Assembly: GCA_963836205.1 (NCBI GenBank)
Contig: CAWIIV010000014.1
Coordinates: forward strand, 1-64,000
DNA length: 64,000 nucleotides
Reading direction: 5' to 3'
Origin: an uncultured Acidimicrobiia bacterium
GTDB taxonomy: Bacteria; Actinomycetota; Acidimicrobiia; Acidimicrobiales; AC-14
Below the pieces are notes generated by a model, which was not told the origin of the DNA, searched no databases, and saw nothing but the letters and a program-made list of their open reading frames with translations. The position numbers and the translations under genes are program-made. This document shows, in pieces, positions 20,978 to 31,113 of this stretch (the first letter of the stretch is position 1; every line of letters begins with the position of its first letter).

Positions 20978-21541
20978 TTAGAAGAAGCGGAACGAGCCGA
21001 GGGGCCAGACCTTGACGAAGGCCTTGCCGATGATCAGCGACTCGCTTATTGGCCCGAAGACCCGGCTGTCGCTCGAGTTGGGGCGGTTGTCGCCCATGAC
21101 CCAGTAGTGGTCGTCGGTGATCGTCACCGGCCCGAACGTCCCCGTCTCCACGCCGTCGGGCAGGTACGACTCCTTCAACTCCTTGCCGTCGACCACCACG
21201 TGCCCGTCGCGGCCCTCGACGGTCTCGCCGGGCAGGCCGACCACCCGCTTGATCAGGTCCTTTTCGGGCGCCGGCTGGGGACTCTTGAAGACCACGATGT
21301 CGCCCCGGTCCACGCCGTGGAGGTCGTAGCTCAGCTTGTTCACCAGCACCCGGTCGTCGACCTGGAGGGTGGGGGTCATCGACGGCGAGGGGATGTAGAA
21401 GGCCTGGACCAGGAAGGTCTTCACCAGCACCGCCACCAGCAGGGCGCTGACCACCACGACCACCCACTCGACGAGGTTCCGGGCTCCAGAGCGCTTGGTG
21501 GACGAAGGGGTGTCGGTGGTGGCGGGACCGGGGTTGGTCAT
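20978..21541 (-). CDS. lepB: Signal peptidase I
   Basis: IPSPSMTPTL, LIKRVVGLPG, MGDNRPNSSDSR. Confidence 0.95.
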   Translation of the reverse strand: MTNPGPATTDTPSSTKRSGARNLVEWVVVVVSALLVAVLVKTFLVQAFYIPSPSMTPTLQVDDRVLVNKLSYDLHGVDRGDIVVFKSPQPAPEKDLIKRVVGLPGETVEGRDGHVVVDGKELKESYLPDGVETGTFGPVTITDDHYWVMGDNRPNSSDSRVFGPISESLIIGKAFVKVWPLGSFRFF

Positions 21542-21553
21542 TCCCGACCGAGG

Positions 21554-22495
21554 CTACCCGGCCCGGTAGCGGTCCAGGATGCGTCGGGCGGCGGCCGCGG
21601 CCACCGTCTGGTCGCCGTCGACCACCCGCGCCGCCGGTCCCAGCCGCAGGAGGAGCCGCTCCAGCCACGCCCGCTGGCTGGCGGCCAGGGTGACCCGCAC
21701 CCGTCCCCCGTCACCGACCGGCTCCACCTTTTCCACCGGGTACTGCTCGACGACCCACGCCGCCGCCGGCTCCAGCTCCAGCGTGACCCGGGGGTCGTCG
21801 GGACGGGGCCGGTAGACGGCCAGCTCGCGGGGGGCGGCCGGCGGGGAGAAGCCCGATTCGAGGAGGCGGGCGGTGCGGATGCGGTCGACCCGGAACAGGC
21901 GCTCGTCGTCGACCAGGTGGCACCAGGCCGACACGTACCACTGGCCGGACGCGGAGAAGACGGTGGCGGGGTCGACGGTGCGGGTGGTCCACTCGTCCCG
22001 TCCGAAGGCGTAGTACTCGATCTCGACCTGGTGGGACGTGGCCACCGCCTCCCGGAGGATCGCCATCACGCCCTCCGGCGCCGAGCCGAGGGAGATCTCG
22101 ACCGCCTCGTCGACCCCCACGCCCAGCGCCCCGGCCAGCTTGGCCAGGCCCCGGGCCAGGGGTCCGTCGGCGTCGGCGCCGGGGGTGGCGAGCAGGGTGC
22201 GGCCGGCGGCCAGCAGCCCGAGGCCCTCGGCCGGGGTGAGGCGCAGGGGTTTGGCGAAGTAGTCGGCGTAGCGGATCCACACCCGCCCGTCGGCGATGTC
22301 GACGTCGATGAGCATGTCGGGCGTGTACGGGTGCAGCCCGCACAGGAAGAGGAGCTGGAGGTCGTCGACCAGCTCGTCCTCCCGGCAGCCGAAGCGGCCG
22401 GCCACGTCGGCCAGGCGGGGCCCGTCCCGGGCCGCCACCCACGGCACCACCGCCAGCAGCCGCTGGAGGCGGTCGTCGGCGCTCAGCCTGGGCAT
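21554..22495 (-). CDS. pafC: WYL-domain regulator PafC
   Basis: RLQRLLAVVPW, LCGLHPYTPDMLID, PLRLTPAE, WYV, FRVDRI. Confidence 0.9.
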   Translation of the reverse strand: MPRLSADDRLQRLLAVVPWVAARDGPRLADVAGRFGCREDELVDDLQLLFLCGLHPYTPDMLIDVDIADGRVWIRYADYFAKPLRLTPAEGLGLLAAGRTLLATPGADADGPLARGLAKLAGALGVGVDEAVEISLGSAPEGVMAILREAVATSHQVEIEYYAFGRDEWTTRTVDPATVFSASGQWYVSAWCHLVDDERLFRVDRIRTARLLESGFSPPAAPRELAVYRPRPDDPRVTLELEPAAAWVVEQYPVEKVEPVGDGGRVRVTLAASQRAWLERLLLRLGPAARVVDGDQTVAAAAARRILDRYRAG

Positions 22496-22496
22496 G

Positions 22497-23429
22497 TCAA
22501 CCTGGGCACTGGGCCTCCAGCCACTCGACCATCTCCGCCCGTAGATCCGGGGGGCCGAGGATCTCGGCGTGATCGAGGAACCCGATGACGAAGGACCGGA
22601 ACGCAGGCCGGTTGGTCACCGAGACGGCCAGCACGACCGACCCGTCGTCCCGCCGCTCCTCGACCGCGTCGGCCCCCACGAAGCCGACGGCCCACCCCGC
22701 CTGCTCGACGTCGACCAGGAGACGGGCCCCGACCGGGTCGCCCTCCCCCATCGCCCAGGCCGGGGGCGCCGCCGTCGCCGCCGGCGGGGGCGGGAAGCTG
22801 GCCGGTTCGCCCGCGGCCGCCACCTCCGACTCCACCCGGTCGAGGCGATACGAGCGCTCGGCGCCGGCGCCGTGGTCGAAGCCGGCCAGGTACCAGTGGC
22901 CGGTGCGGAACGACAGCCGGTAGGGGTCGACCCGCCGCGGCCGCCGGTGGTAGTCGAAGGTCACCGGCCGGCGGGCGGAGATGGCCCCGAAGAGCACGGC
23001 GAGGTGGTCGGCACCGGGGAGGGCGGCCACCGCCACCGACCCCACCGCCGGGGCCGGCCCCTGCTCGGCCAGCTCGCCCCCCAGCTTCCACAGGGCCGCC
23101 ACCCCGTCGGCGCCCTCCATCCGCACGGCCGACGCGGCCAGGTGGAGGGCGGCCAGCTCGTCCGGCTCCAGGCCGGGATCACGCAGGTAGTAGGCGTCCT
23201 TGGGGACCCGGTACCCGAGGACCTCGGGGTGGAGGGGATCGAGGGCCTCGGTGACGAGGGGCACGCCCAGCTCCCGCAGCGCCTCCTTGTCGCGCTCGAA
23301 CGCCCTCCGGAAGGCGGCGTCGTTCTCGGCGTAGCCCGGGAGCCGGAAGCGCAGCTCGTCGGTGGTGAGCGGGCGCTCGGCCTCCAGCAGGGCGGCGACC
23401 AGGTTGATGAGCCGCTCGAGGCGATGCAT
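22497..23429 (-). CDS. pafB: WYL-domain regulator PafB
   Basis: ERLINLVAALL, AFRRAFERDKEALRELG, HWYL, SYRLDRV. Confidence 0.9.
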   Translation of the reverse strand: MHRLERLINLVAALLEAERPLTTDELRFRLPGYAENDAAFRRAFERDKEALRELGVPLVTEALDPLHPEVLGYRVPKDAYYLRDPGLEPDELAALHLAASAVRMEGADGVAALWKLGGELAEQGPAPAVGSVAVAALPGADHLAVLFGAISARRPVTFDYHRRPRRVDPYRLSFRTGHWYLAGFDHGAGAERSYRLDRVESEVAAAGEPASFPPPPAATAAPPAWAMGEGDPVGARLLVDVEQAGWAVGFVGADAVEERRDDGSVVLAVSVTNRPAFRSFVIGFLDHAEILGPPDLRAEMVEWLEAQCPG

Positions 23430-23495
23430 GGGCCGCCCATCGTACGGGCGGACCCGCAGTGAAGCGGCCCCCGGCGCTTCCGGTACCGTTGAGGC

Positions 23496-24134
23496 GTGAC
23501 CACCCGGTCCCGGCTGCTCCTCCTGCTTCGGAAGCACCCGGGCATCACCGTGACCGACCTGGCGGCCGAGCTGGGCCTCACCGGCATGGGCATCCGCCGC
23601 CACCTGGAGAGCATGGCGCTCGACGGCCTGGTCGAGCGCTCGGCCTGCTGCGAGCACCGGGTCGGGCGTCCGCCCAACGGCTGGCGGCTGTCGCCCAAAG
23701 GCATGGAGCTGCTGCCCCGGAGCTACGACACGTTCGTGCTCCAGCTGCTGGAGGACATGTTCGAGCAGTCCGGCGACCAGGGCCTCGACGAGGTCCTGCG
23801 CCACCGGCGGGAGAAGATGACCGTCCAGTACCAGGACGAGCTGGCCGACGCGTCCACCCTCGACGACCGGGTGGCGGCCCTGGCCCAGGTGCGCGACCGG
23901 GCCGGGTACGAGGCCGAGTGGCACCGAGACGGCGAGGTGTTGGTGCTCATCGAGAACAACTGCGCCGTGCACCGGGTGGCGGAGCGGTACCCGGCGGTGT
24001 GCGCCATGGAGCTGGCCCTGTTCCGCAAGGTCCTGGGACCCGACGTGGAGGTCACCCGGGTGTCTCACACCATGGCCGGCGACGCCACCTGCACCTACTG
24101 CGTCCGCCCCCGCCCCGCCGACACTGCCGACTGA
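23496..24134 (+). CDS. wHTH metalloregulator, SufR-like
   Basis: GIRRHL HTH, VGRP, ENNCAV..YPAVCAMEL..GDATCTY three-Cys pattern. Confidence 0.8.
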   Translation: MTTRSRLLLLLRKHPGITVTDLAAELGLTGMGIRRHLESMALDGLVERSACCEHRVGRPPNGWRLSPKGMELLPRSYDTFVLQLLEDMFEQSGDQGLDEVLRHRREKMTVQYQDELADASTLDDRVAALAQVRDRAGYEAEWHRDGEVLVLIENNCAVHRVAERYPAVCAMELALFRKVLGPDVEVTRVSHTMAGDATCTYCVRPRPADTAD

Positions 24135-25151
24135 TCTCGCGACCTGACCCGATCACGGCCGCCGTCGCGGCGGCCGAGGTCCTGGCGGCGACCGCCGAGG
24201 CCACCGACCAGGCACCGATCGTCCCCCGGGCCAACCTCCGGCTGCTGGCCGACGCCGGCCTCTACGACCTGCTCGGGCTGGCCCCCGCCGTGGCCCGGGA
24301 GGTGCACGAGACGCTGGCCGGGGCGTGCGGGGTGACGTCGTTCGTCTGGGAGCAACACCACACGCCCGTGCGCCTGCTGGCCGCGGCCCGGGGGGCGGAC
24401 GACCCTACGCTCGGCCGGTTGCGTTCGGGCGAGTTGCTGGCCGGCATCGCCTTCGCCTACCTCCGCCGGCCGGACCCGCCGGCGGTGGTGGCCCGGCCGG
24501 CCGCCGGCGGTGGTCTGGTGGTCGACGGCGAGGCCCCGTGGGTCACGTCCTGGGGACTGGCCGACACGGTTCGCGGTGGCGGCCCGCATCGGCGACCCCA
24601 AGGAAGACGGGGACGTGGCCTTCTTCCTGCTCGACGGCGCCTCGCCGCCGCCCGGGGTCCGCGCCTCGGCGCCGCTGGCCCTGGCCGCCATGAACGCGTC
24701 GGCCACCGTCCGCCTGCGGTTCGACGGCGTGGCGGTGGCGGCCGACGACGTGATCTCGGTGCAGACCTACCGGGCGTGGCGGGCGGCCGACCGGCTGACC
24801 TCCGCCCGTCCCCGGCCCCCGGCCTTCGGCGTGGCCCGCACCTGCTGCCGCCTCCTCGGCGATCCCGCATTCGACGCGGAGCTCGACGAGTGCCGCGGCC
24901 ACGCCTACGCCCTTCTCGACGAGGACCGGACCGACGACGAGCACCTGGCGGCCCTGACCGGAGCCCGGGCGTGGAGCTGCGAGCTGGCCGTCCGGGCCGC
25001 GACGGCGCTGGTGGTGGCCGGCGGCGGGAGGGCGATCCTGCGGTCGAATCCCGCCCAGCGGCTCCTGCGGGAGGCCGCCTTCTTCACCGTCCAGGCCCAG
25101 ACCGCCGAGCTCCGGGCGGCCACCCTGGCCCGCCTTCAGCCGAGGAGCTGA
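24131..25151 (+). CDS. Acyl-CoA dehydrogenase-like flavoprotein (frameshift near 24570)
   Basis: GEAPWVTSWG, LAAMNASATVRLRFDGV, AQRLLREAAF; start uncertain. Confidence 0.75.
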
Positions 25152-26110
25152 GCCGCCAGCACGCCGGCGGCGGCGGCCCAGCGGAAGAACCCGGGGTCTT
25201 GCGACGGGGTCCGGCCCATGGTGGTGGCCGACCCGAAGTCGAGGTCGTCGGGGACGTCGACCTCCACCCCCTCGAAGGCGTCGCCCCGGGGGACGGCCAC
25301 CAGCGGCTTGGACGCGGCCAGGGCCAGGGCGGTGGTGGTGTGGTGACTCACACCGCGGTGCCGGTCGCGGGGGTCGGCGTCGGAGAATCGCACGGCCGTG
25401 ATCGCCCGTCCCCCCAGGTGGGACGCGGCGTCGACCACCGCCGCCACCTCCACCCCGCCGAAGCCGTACTCGCTGCCGGTGCCGACCACGCCCGGGCCGG
25501 GCGCGACCACCACCGCGTCGGCACCGGCCATGGCCACGGCCACCTGTAGGCCCGAGGGCACGCTCACCGCCTCGTAGTCGCCCCCGAACGCCTGGCCGCA
25601 CGTCACCGTGGCCGCCAGGAGCTCCCGCTCCCGCAGGTCGAACACCAGGTCCGACAACGCCAGGGGCAGGGCGGCCGAGTCGGTCATCACGTAGACCAGC
25701 CGGCGCCCGGGGGCAGCCCGTCCGAAGCCGGCGGCCACGCCCGCCACTTGGCTGTGCAGGGTGCAGGCCACCACCGGCCTTCGCCCCAGATCGACGGCGG
25801 CGGGCAGGCCGATGTCGTCCTCGGCCGCCCCGGTGTCGACCTGGAGGCTGGTGTAGCGGAGCTTCATCACCGTCCCCGGTCCCGGCTCCGACCACGATTC
25901 CCGCTCCAGGTTCCAATGGACGAAATGCCACCCGCCGGTGCCCAGGCCGAGGTCGGCCGCAGTCGTGTTCACGACCACCCGGTCTCCCACCGCCACCGTC
26001 CCGATGAGCTGGGTGAGCACGTACGCCGGCTCCCCGTCGACCTCCACCCGCTGCAAACCCGGTCGCTCACCCCGAACGGCCGTTACGACACCCGTGCGGA
26101 AGCTGGGCAC
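25136..26110 (-). CDS. DUF3866 family protein
   Basis: NTTAADLGLGTGG, MKLRYTSLQ, LHSQ, TCGQAFGGDYEAV, TTMGR. Confidence 0.85.
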   Translation of the reverse strand: MPSFRTGVVTAVRGERPGLQRVEVDGEPAYVLTQLIGTVAVGDRVVVNTTAADLGLGTGGWHFVHWNLERESWSEPGPGTVMKLRYTSLQVDTGAAEDDIGLPAAVDLGRRPVVACTLHSQVAGVAAGFGRAAPGRRLVYVMTDSAALPLALSDLVFDLRERELLAATVTCGQAFGGDYEAVSVPSGLQVAVAMAGADAVVVAPGPGVVGTGSEYGFGGVEVAAVVDAASHLGGRAITAVRFSDADPRDRHRGVSHHTTTALALAASKPLVAVPRGDAFEGVEVDVPDDLDFGSATTMGRTPSQDPGFFRWAAAAGVLAAQLLG

Positions 26111-27469
26111 CTACAGCGAGGCGATCAGCTTCTCGACCCGCTCGTCGCGCGACTTGAACGGGTCCTTGCACAGCACCGTGCGCTGGGCCTGGTCGTTGAG
26201 CTTCAGGTGCACCCAGTCGACCGTGTAGTCGCGCTTGCGCTCCTTGGCCTTGCGGATGAACTCGCCCCGCAGGCGGGCCCGGGTGGTCTGGGGCGGGGTG
26301 GTGACCGCGGTCTCGATCTGGGCGTCGGTGCAGATGCGCTCCACCATGCCCCGCTCCTGCATCCGGTAGTAGAGGCCCCGCTCCCGGTTGACGTCGTGGT
26401 ACTGGAGGTCGAGGAGGGCGACCTTGGGGTGGCTCAGGGGCAGCTGGTGACGGTCGCGGTAGGCCTCGATCATCTTGTGCTTGATGACCCAGTCGACCTC
26501 CCGGTCGAGCAGGAGGGGGTCGACCTCGATCTTGGTCAGGCAGTGCTCCCACATCTTGAGCGCCTGCTCCTCCATCGGGCTCAGGCCCCGGCTCTCGGAG
26601 TAGCGCAGGGCCCGGCCCAGGTACTCCTTCTGGATGTCGAGGGCGCTCAGCTCCCGCCCGTTCTCCAGCCGCACCCGCCGCCGGCAGGTGGTGTCGTGGC
26701 TGATCTCCCGGATGGCCCGGATGGGGTTGTCGAGGGTCATGTCCCGCAGGACGACGCCCGGGTCCTCCAGCATGCGCAGCAGGATGCTCGTCGACCCCAT
26801 CTTGAGGAAGGTGGCGTACTCGCTCATGTTGGAGTCGCCCACGATCACGTGCAGGCGGCGGAAGCGCTCGGCGTCGGCGTGGGGCTCGTCGCGGGTGTTG
26901 ATGATGGGCCGGCTCCGGGTGGTGGCCGACGACACGCCCTCCCAGATGTGCTCCGCCCGCTGGCTGATGCAGTAGGTGGCGCCCCGGGCCGTGTTCAGCA
27001 CCTTGCCCGCCCCGGCGAAGATCTGGCGGCTGACGAAGAAGGGGATGAGGACCTCGGCGTAGTGGCCGAAGTCGTCGCGCCGGCTGGTGAGGTAGTTCTC
27101 GTGGCAGCCGTAGGAGTTGCCGGCGGAGTCGGTGTTGTTCTTGAACAGGTAGACGACGCCTCGGATGCCCTCCTCCCGCAGGCGCTGCTCGGCGCTGGCC
27201 AGCAGGCTCTCCAGGATGCGCTCCCCGGCCTTGTCGTGGGCGACGAGGTCCTCGATGGAGTCGCACTCGGGGGTGGCGTACTCGGGGTGGCTGCCGACGT
27301 CGAGGTAGAGGCGGGCCCCGTTCTCCAGGAACACGTTGCTGCTCCGGCCCCACGACACCACCCGCCGGAACAGGTAGCGGGCGACCTCGTCCGGGCTCAG
27401 CCGACGCTGGCCCCGCAGGGTGCAGGTGACGCCGTACTCGTTCTCGAGGCCGAAGATGCGACGGTCCAT
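26111..27469 (-). CDS. pafA: Pup--protein ligase
   Basis: [52 protein letters not shown]. Confidence 0.97.
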   Translation of the reverse strand: MDRRIFGLENEYGVTCTLRGQRRLSPDEVARYLFRRVVSWGRSSNVFLENGARLYLDVGSHPEYATPECDSIEDLVAHDKAGERILESLLASAEQRLREEGIRGVVYLFKNNTDSAGNSYGCHENYLTSRRDDFGHYAEVLIPFFVSRQIFAGAGKVLNTARGATYCISQRAEHIWEGVSSATTRSRPIINTRDEPHADAERFRRLHVIVGDSNMSEYATFLKMGSTSILLRMLEDPGVVLRDMTLDNPIRAIREISHDTTCRRRVRLENGRELSALDIQKEYLGRALRYSESRGLSPMEEQALKMWEHCLTKIEVDPLLLDREVDWVIKHKMIEAYRDRHQLPLSHPKVALLDLQYHDVNRERGLYYRMQERGMVERICTDAQIETAVTTPPQTTRARLRGEFIRKAKERKRDYTVDWVHLKLNDQAQRTVLCKDPFKSRDERVEKLIASL

Positions 27470-27510
27470 GTGCGGACCACGGTACCGTCGATGGGGTGCA
27501 ACGGACCCGT

Positions 27511-27816
27511 ATGGTGCGTCTGGCCACCGTGGCCAGCAGCTTCCACGCCCGGGTGATCGCTGCCCGCCTCGGTGTCGAGGGCATGACGATCGAGCTGCGG
27601 GGCAACGTCGACGGCATCTATCCGATCGGCGACGTGCACGTGTTCGTCGACGAGGACGACCTGCCCGCGGCCCAGGAGCTGCTGCTGGTCGACGAGGTGG
27701 AGTCGGCCTTCGACGTGATCGACGACGCCGGCGACCCGTCCACGCCCCGCGAGCTGTGGATCGTGCTGGGCGCCATCGTGGTGATGGCGGCGGTGCTGTT
27801 CGTGCGGGCGTTCTAG
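27511..27816 (+). CDS. DUF2007-like putative signalling protein with C-terminal TM helix
   Basis: [29 protein letters not shown]. Confidence 0.7.
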   Translation: MVRLATVASSFHARVIAARLGVEGMTIELRGNVDGIYPIGDVHVFVDEDDLPAAQELLLVDEVESAFDVIDDAGDPSTPRELWIVLGAIVVMAAVLFVRAF

Positions 27817-27829
27817 AGAGCCCGGGGCC

Positions 27830-28525
27830 CTACCCGGCGGGGGCGGTGAGAAGGGGTTCGAGCTCGGCCAGGGTGAGGCGGCGGAAGGCCCGGTGGGTGC
27901 GGGCCCGGTCGAGGACGGCCACCTCGAGTTCGACCGCGGGGATGGTGCGGTCGGGGCCGGCCAGGGCGGTGACCGCTCCCCGCAGGGCGGCCCCCAGGTC
28001 GATGGTGGCGTCGTCGGCCGCGGCCGCGTTGAGGCGGTCGGAGATGGCCACCGAGTCGCCGCCGAGGACGGTGCGGTGCTCCTCGTCGACCACGGTGCCG
28101 TCGTAGGAGATCCGGAAGATCTGGTCGTCGGCGAGGTGCCAGCCGACCTCGGCCACCAGGATCTCGACCTCCATCGGCTTCATCTCGTGGGTGAAGACGT
28201 TGCCCAGGAGCTGGGCGAAGGCGTTGGCCAGGGAGCGGGAGTCGACGTCCTCCCGGGAGTAGCTGTAGCCCTTGAGGTCGGCGTGGCGGATGCCGGCGGT
28301 GCGCAGGGAGTCGAACTCGCTGAACTTGCCCACCCCGGCGAAGGCGATGCGGTCGTAGATCTCGGCCACCTTGTGCAGGGTGCGGGACGGGTTCTCGGCA
28401 CACAGCAGGATGCCCTCGTCGTAGCTGAGGGCGACCAGGGCCCGGCCCCGGGCGATGCCCTTGCGGGCGTAGTCGGCCCGGTCCTTCATGATCTGCTCGG
28501 GCGCGACGTAGTACGGCATGCTCAT
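27830..28525 (-). CDS. prcA: Proteasome subunit alpha
   Basis: MPYYVAPEQIMKDRADYARKGIARGR, LEVAVLDR. Confidence 0.96.
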   Translation of the reverse strand: MSMPYYVAPEQIMKDRADYARKGIARGRALVALSYDEGILLCAENPSRTLHKVAEIYDRIAFAGVGKFSEFDSLRTAGIRHADLKGYSYSREDVDSRSLANAFAQLLGNVFTHEMKPMEVEILVAEVGWHLADDQIFRISYDGTVVDEEHRTVLGGDSVAISDRLNAAAADDATIDLGAALRGAVTALAGPDRTIPAVELEVAVLDRARTHRAFRRLTLAELEPLLTAPAG

Positions 28526-28559
28526 CGCTTCGACCTCCCGTCTGTCCCGCGGCGGGCGC

Positions 28560-29354
28560 TCACTTGCGCTGGCCCTCGGTCATCCGGGCGATCAGGTGCT
28601 GGAACCGCTCCGCCACCTCGGCGTCGCTCACCCGGGCGAAGCCCTCGGCGGTGATGGTGGCCACGGTCGGGTAGATGCCACGGACCGGGTCGGGACCGCC
28701 GGTGGCGGCGTCCTCGTCGGCCGCCTGGTAGAGCGACTCGACGGCCAGCTCGATGGTGGCCGCCCGGTCGAGGCCCTTGCGGTAGCCGAGCTTGATGGTT
28801 GTGCGGGCGTCGCGGCCACCGGAGCCGGTGGCGTGGAAGTCGGTCTCCTCGTAGCGGCCGCCGGTCATGTCGTACTTGAAGATGCGTCCAACCCGCCGGC
28901 GCAGGTCGTAGCCGGCGTAGATGGGCACCACCGCCAGGCCCTGCATGGCCAGCGGCATGTTGTCGCGGACCATGTGGCCGAGCTTGTTGGCCTTGCCCTC
29001 CAGGCTGAGGGCGATGCCCTCCACCTTCTCGTAGTGCTCGAGCTCGGTCTGGAACAGGCGCACCATCTCCACCGCCGGACCGGCCGCCCCGGCAATGGAC
29101 ACGCCCGAGTGGCGGTCGGCGGGGAAGACCTTCTCGATGTCGCGGTCGGCGATGCTGTAGCCCTCGGTGGCCCGGCGGTCACCGGCCATGAGGACGCCGT
29201 CGACGTAGACGATGGCCACGATGGTGGTGGCGTGGACGATGCGGTCGGGGGCCATCGCCGTGGTCGGCACCGGCGGGTTCAGACCGCTGCGCCGGAGGAG
29301 CTCGGAGAAGCTGGGCCCGGGGTCCTGTCCCTGCCCGAAGAAGGGAAGTGTCAT
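28560..29354 (-). CDS. prcB: Proteasome subunit beta
   Basis: Propeptide then [26 protein letters not shown]. Confidence 0.96.
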   Translation of the reverse strand: MTLPFFGQGQDPGPSFSELLRRSGLNPPVPTTAMAPDRIVHATTIVAIVYVDGVLMAGDRRATEGYSIADRDIEKVFPADRHSGVSIAGAAGPAVEMVRLFQTELEHYEKVEGIALSLEGKANKLGHMVRDNMPLAMQGLAVVPIYAGYDLRRRVGRIFKYDMTGGRYEETDFHATGSGGRDARTTIKLGYRKGLDRAATIELAVESLYQAADEDAATGGPDPVRGIYPTVATITAEGFARVSDAEVAERFQHLIARMTEGQRK

Positions 29355-29392
29355 CGGAAATGCAGGCTAGCCCGCCGGTACGCTGTCGCCCC

Positions 29393-29968
29393 ATGGGAGA
29401 AACCGAGGTCGAGGAACGGGTCGGAGGCGCGGAGGAAGCCGGCCAGCCGCTCACCGTCGTGGGCCGGCAACTGGCGCCGGGAGACCTGGCCCCCGACTTC
29501 GAGCTCGAATCCCTCGACGACGAGGGCATGCACACGGTCCGCCTCTCCGACACCAAGGGCTTCGTACGGGTGCTGAACGTCATCAACTCCATCGACACCC
29601 CGGTGTGCGACGTCCAGACCAAGAAGCTCGACTACCAGCTCGACGGCGCCCGCCTGCTCACGGTGAGCATGGACCTGCCCTTCGCCCAGGCCCGCTGGAT
29701 GCGCGACGCGGGGGTACGCAGTCCGCAGGCCTCGGCCCACCGGAGCGAGGACTTCGGGCGCGACTACGGGGTGCTGATCAAGGAGTGGCGGGCCCTGCAG
29801 CGGGCGATCTTCGTCATCGACGGCTCCGGCCACGTCCGCTACGTGGAGTACGTGGTCGACCAGGACCACGAGCCCGACTACAACAAGGTGGTCGACGCGG
29901 TCATGGACGCCATCGTCACCACCGAAACCGCCAACTGCGCCTGCGACACCGAAGGCGGCTGCGGGTAG
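29393..29968 (+). CDS. Thiol peroxidase (Tpx-like peroxiredoxin)
   Basis: SIDTPVC, VSMDLPFAQARW, FGRDYGVLI, RAIFVID. Confidence 0.85.
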   Translation: MGETEVEERVGGAEEAGQPLTVVGRQLAPGDLAPDFELESLDDEGMHTVRLSDTKGFVRVLNVINSIDTPVCDVQTKKLDYQLDGARLLTVSMDLPFAQARWMRDAGVRSPQASAHRSEDFGRDYGVLIKEWRALQRAIFVIDGSGHVRYVEYVVDQDHEPDYNKVVDAVMDAIVTTETANCACDTEGGCG

Positions 29969-29979
29969 CCCCCCCCTCG

Positions 29980-30027
29980 AACTGGTGACGGTTTTGGTCG
30001 CCCTGGCCACCAAAAACGTCACCAGTT
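29980..30027. repeat. 48-bp REP-like palindrome, copy 1
   Basis: AACTGGTGACG-GTTTTGGTCGCCCTGGCCACCAAAAA-CGTCACCAGTT. Confidence 0.8.
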
Positions 30028-30035
30028 GGGGCGGG

Positions 30036-30272
30036 TTAGCGCACGTACGGGCAGTGGCGGCAGCCGGACTCGCAGCAATTGCCCCGGGCCACGTGGGCGG
30101 CGGCGGTGAAGACGTAGAAGCCGGTGACCGGGTCGATGTAGGAGAACTCGCCCTTGTCGAGCGCCCGCTGGTGGGCGTCGAGGATGCGCTGGCGCTGGGG
30201 GTGGTCGGCCGCCAACCGGCTCGGGTGGGGCTCGTTGAGGGGCCGGCGGTCGAGCTTGGGCCGGATGGGCAC
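30036..30272 (-). CDS. Small Cys-rich protein (DUF5522-like)
   Basis: YIDPVTGFYVFT..RGNCCESGCRHCPY. Confidence 0.8.
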   Translation of the reverse strand: MPIRPKLDRRPLNEPHPSRLAADHPQRQRILDAHQRALDKGEFSYIDPVTGFYVFTAAAHVARGNCCESGCRHCPYVR

Positions 30273-30288
30273 CGGGATCGGCCGCCGC

Positions 30289-30846
30289 TCAGGCCGGTCG
30301 CCGGAGCTGCCGGGCCCGCTCCCGTATGAAGGCGACCTCGTCGTCGATCGGAAGGTACGACTCGAGGTAGCGAACTGCTTCCCGCAGGAGGGAGACGTCG
30401 TCGTCGAGGTCGCCCAGGGCGTTGTTGCACCGGAAGCAGAGGATGCCGCGGAGCTGCCCCGACTCGTGATCGTGGTCGAGGTGCAGGCTGATGTCGGGCC
30501 GCGGCTCCCGCCCGCAAATCGCACAGCCTCCGCCCTGCCGTGCCAACAATTCGTCGTATTGCTCGATGGTGATGCCATACTTCCGCCTCAAATGCCCGGC
30601 ACGTTCCGCTCGCTTTACAGCCGGCTCCTCGCGCCGGACCCTCCTGTAGGTGTTCAACCGATCGGCGTTCTCCTGCTGCCACCGCTTCACCCGCGCAATA
30701 GCGACGGAGGGGTCGGCAACGTACCGCTGGTGCTTCGCTGCGAGGTTGCACGCCTTGCACTCGCCGCGGTGGCCGTCCCGCATGCCTGCCGCCCGGTAAA
30801 ACTCGCCCAGCGGCTTTTCGACTCCACACTTCTTGCAGATCTTCAT
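30289..30846 (-). CDS. Endonuclease VII domain protein
   Basis: N-terminal CKKC..CKAC Zn finger; YGITIEQY..QGGGCAIC..LDHDHESGQLRGILCFRCNNALG. Confidence 0.92.
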   Translation of the reverse strand: MKICKKCGVEKPLGEFYRAAGMRDGHRGECKACNLAAKHQRYVADPSVAIARVKRWQQENADRLNTYRRVRREEPAVKRAERAGHLRRKYGITIEQYDELLARQGGGCAICGREPRPDISLHLDHDHESGQLRGILCFRCNNALGDLDDDVSLLREAVRYLESYLPIDDEVAFIRERARQLRRPA

Positions 30847-30852
30847 GTCCGC

Positions 30853-30882
30853 ACTGTAGCCGAACAGGCGTTCGTTATTCAA
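30853..30882 (-). promoter_or_regulatory. Leaderless promoter with a LexA (SOS) box in the spacer
   Basis: Minus strand TTGAAT-18 nt-TACAGT-6 nt-ATG; CGAAC-aggc-GTTCG at 30861-30874. Confidence 0.75.
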
Positions 30883-30907
30883 GCCTATTCCGACTTGTAT
30901 ATAACGT

Positions 30908-31102
30908 TTATTGGCCGCCCTTCTGAACGTAGCTTCGTACAAACTCCTCGGCGTTGTCTTCGAGGACCTCGTCGATTTCGTCCAATAGATCGTCGAGCTC
31001 GGCCTTCAATTTGTCGCCTTGCTTGGACGTGGCCGGGAGTTCCTCGACGACGTCCTCGGTGCGACTGGTGGTGGCCTTGCGCTTCTGCTCTCGTTCCGGC
31101 AT
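30908..31102 (-). CDS. pup: Prokaryotic ubiquitin-like protein Pup
   Basis: LDDLLDEIDEVLEDNAEEFVRSYVQKGGQ. Confidence 0.97.
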   Translation of the reverse strand: MPEREQKRKATTSRTEDVVEELPATSKQGDKLKAELDDLLDEIDEVLEDNAEEFVRSYVQKGGQ

Positions 31103-31113
31103 GACGACTCCTT

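Noticed and set aside
29220-29240. PrcB processing site reads HA|TT rather than HG|TT
   Set aside because: The catalytic Thr and DRR motif are intact; a small-residue substitution is not evidence of altered function
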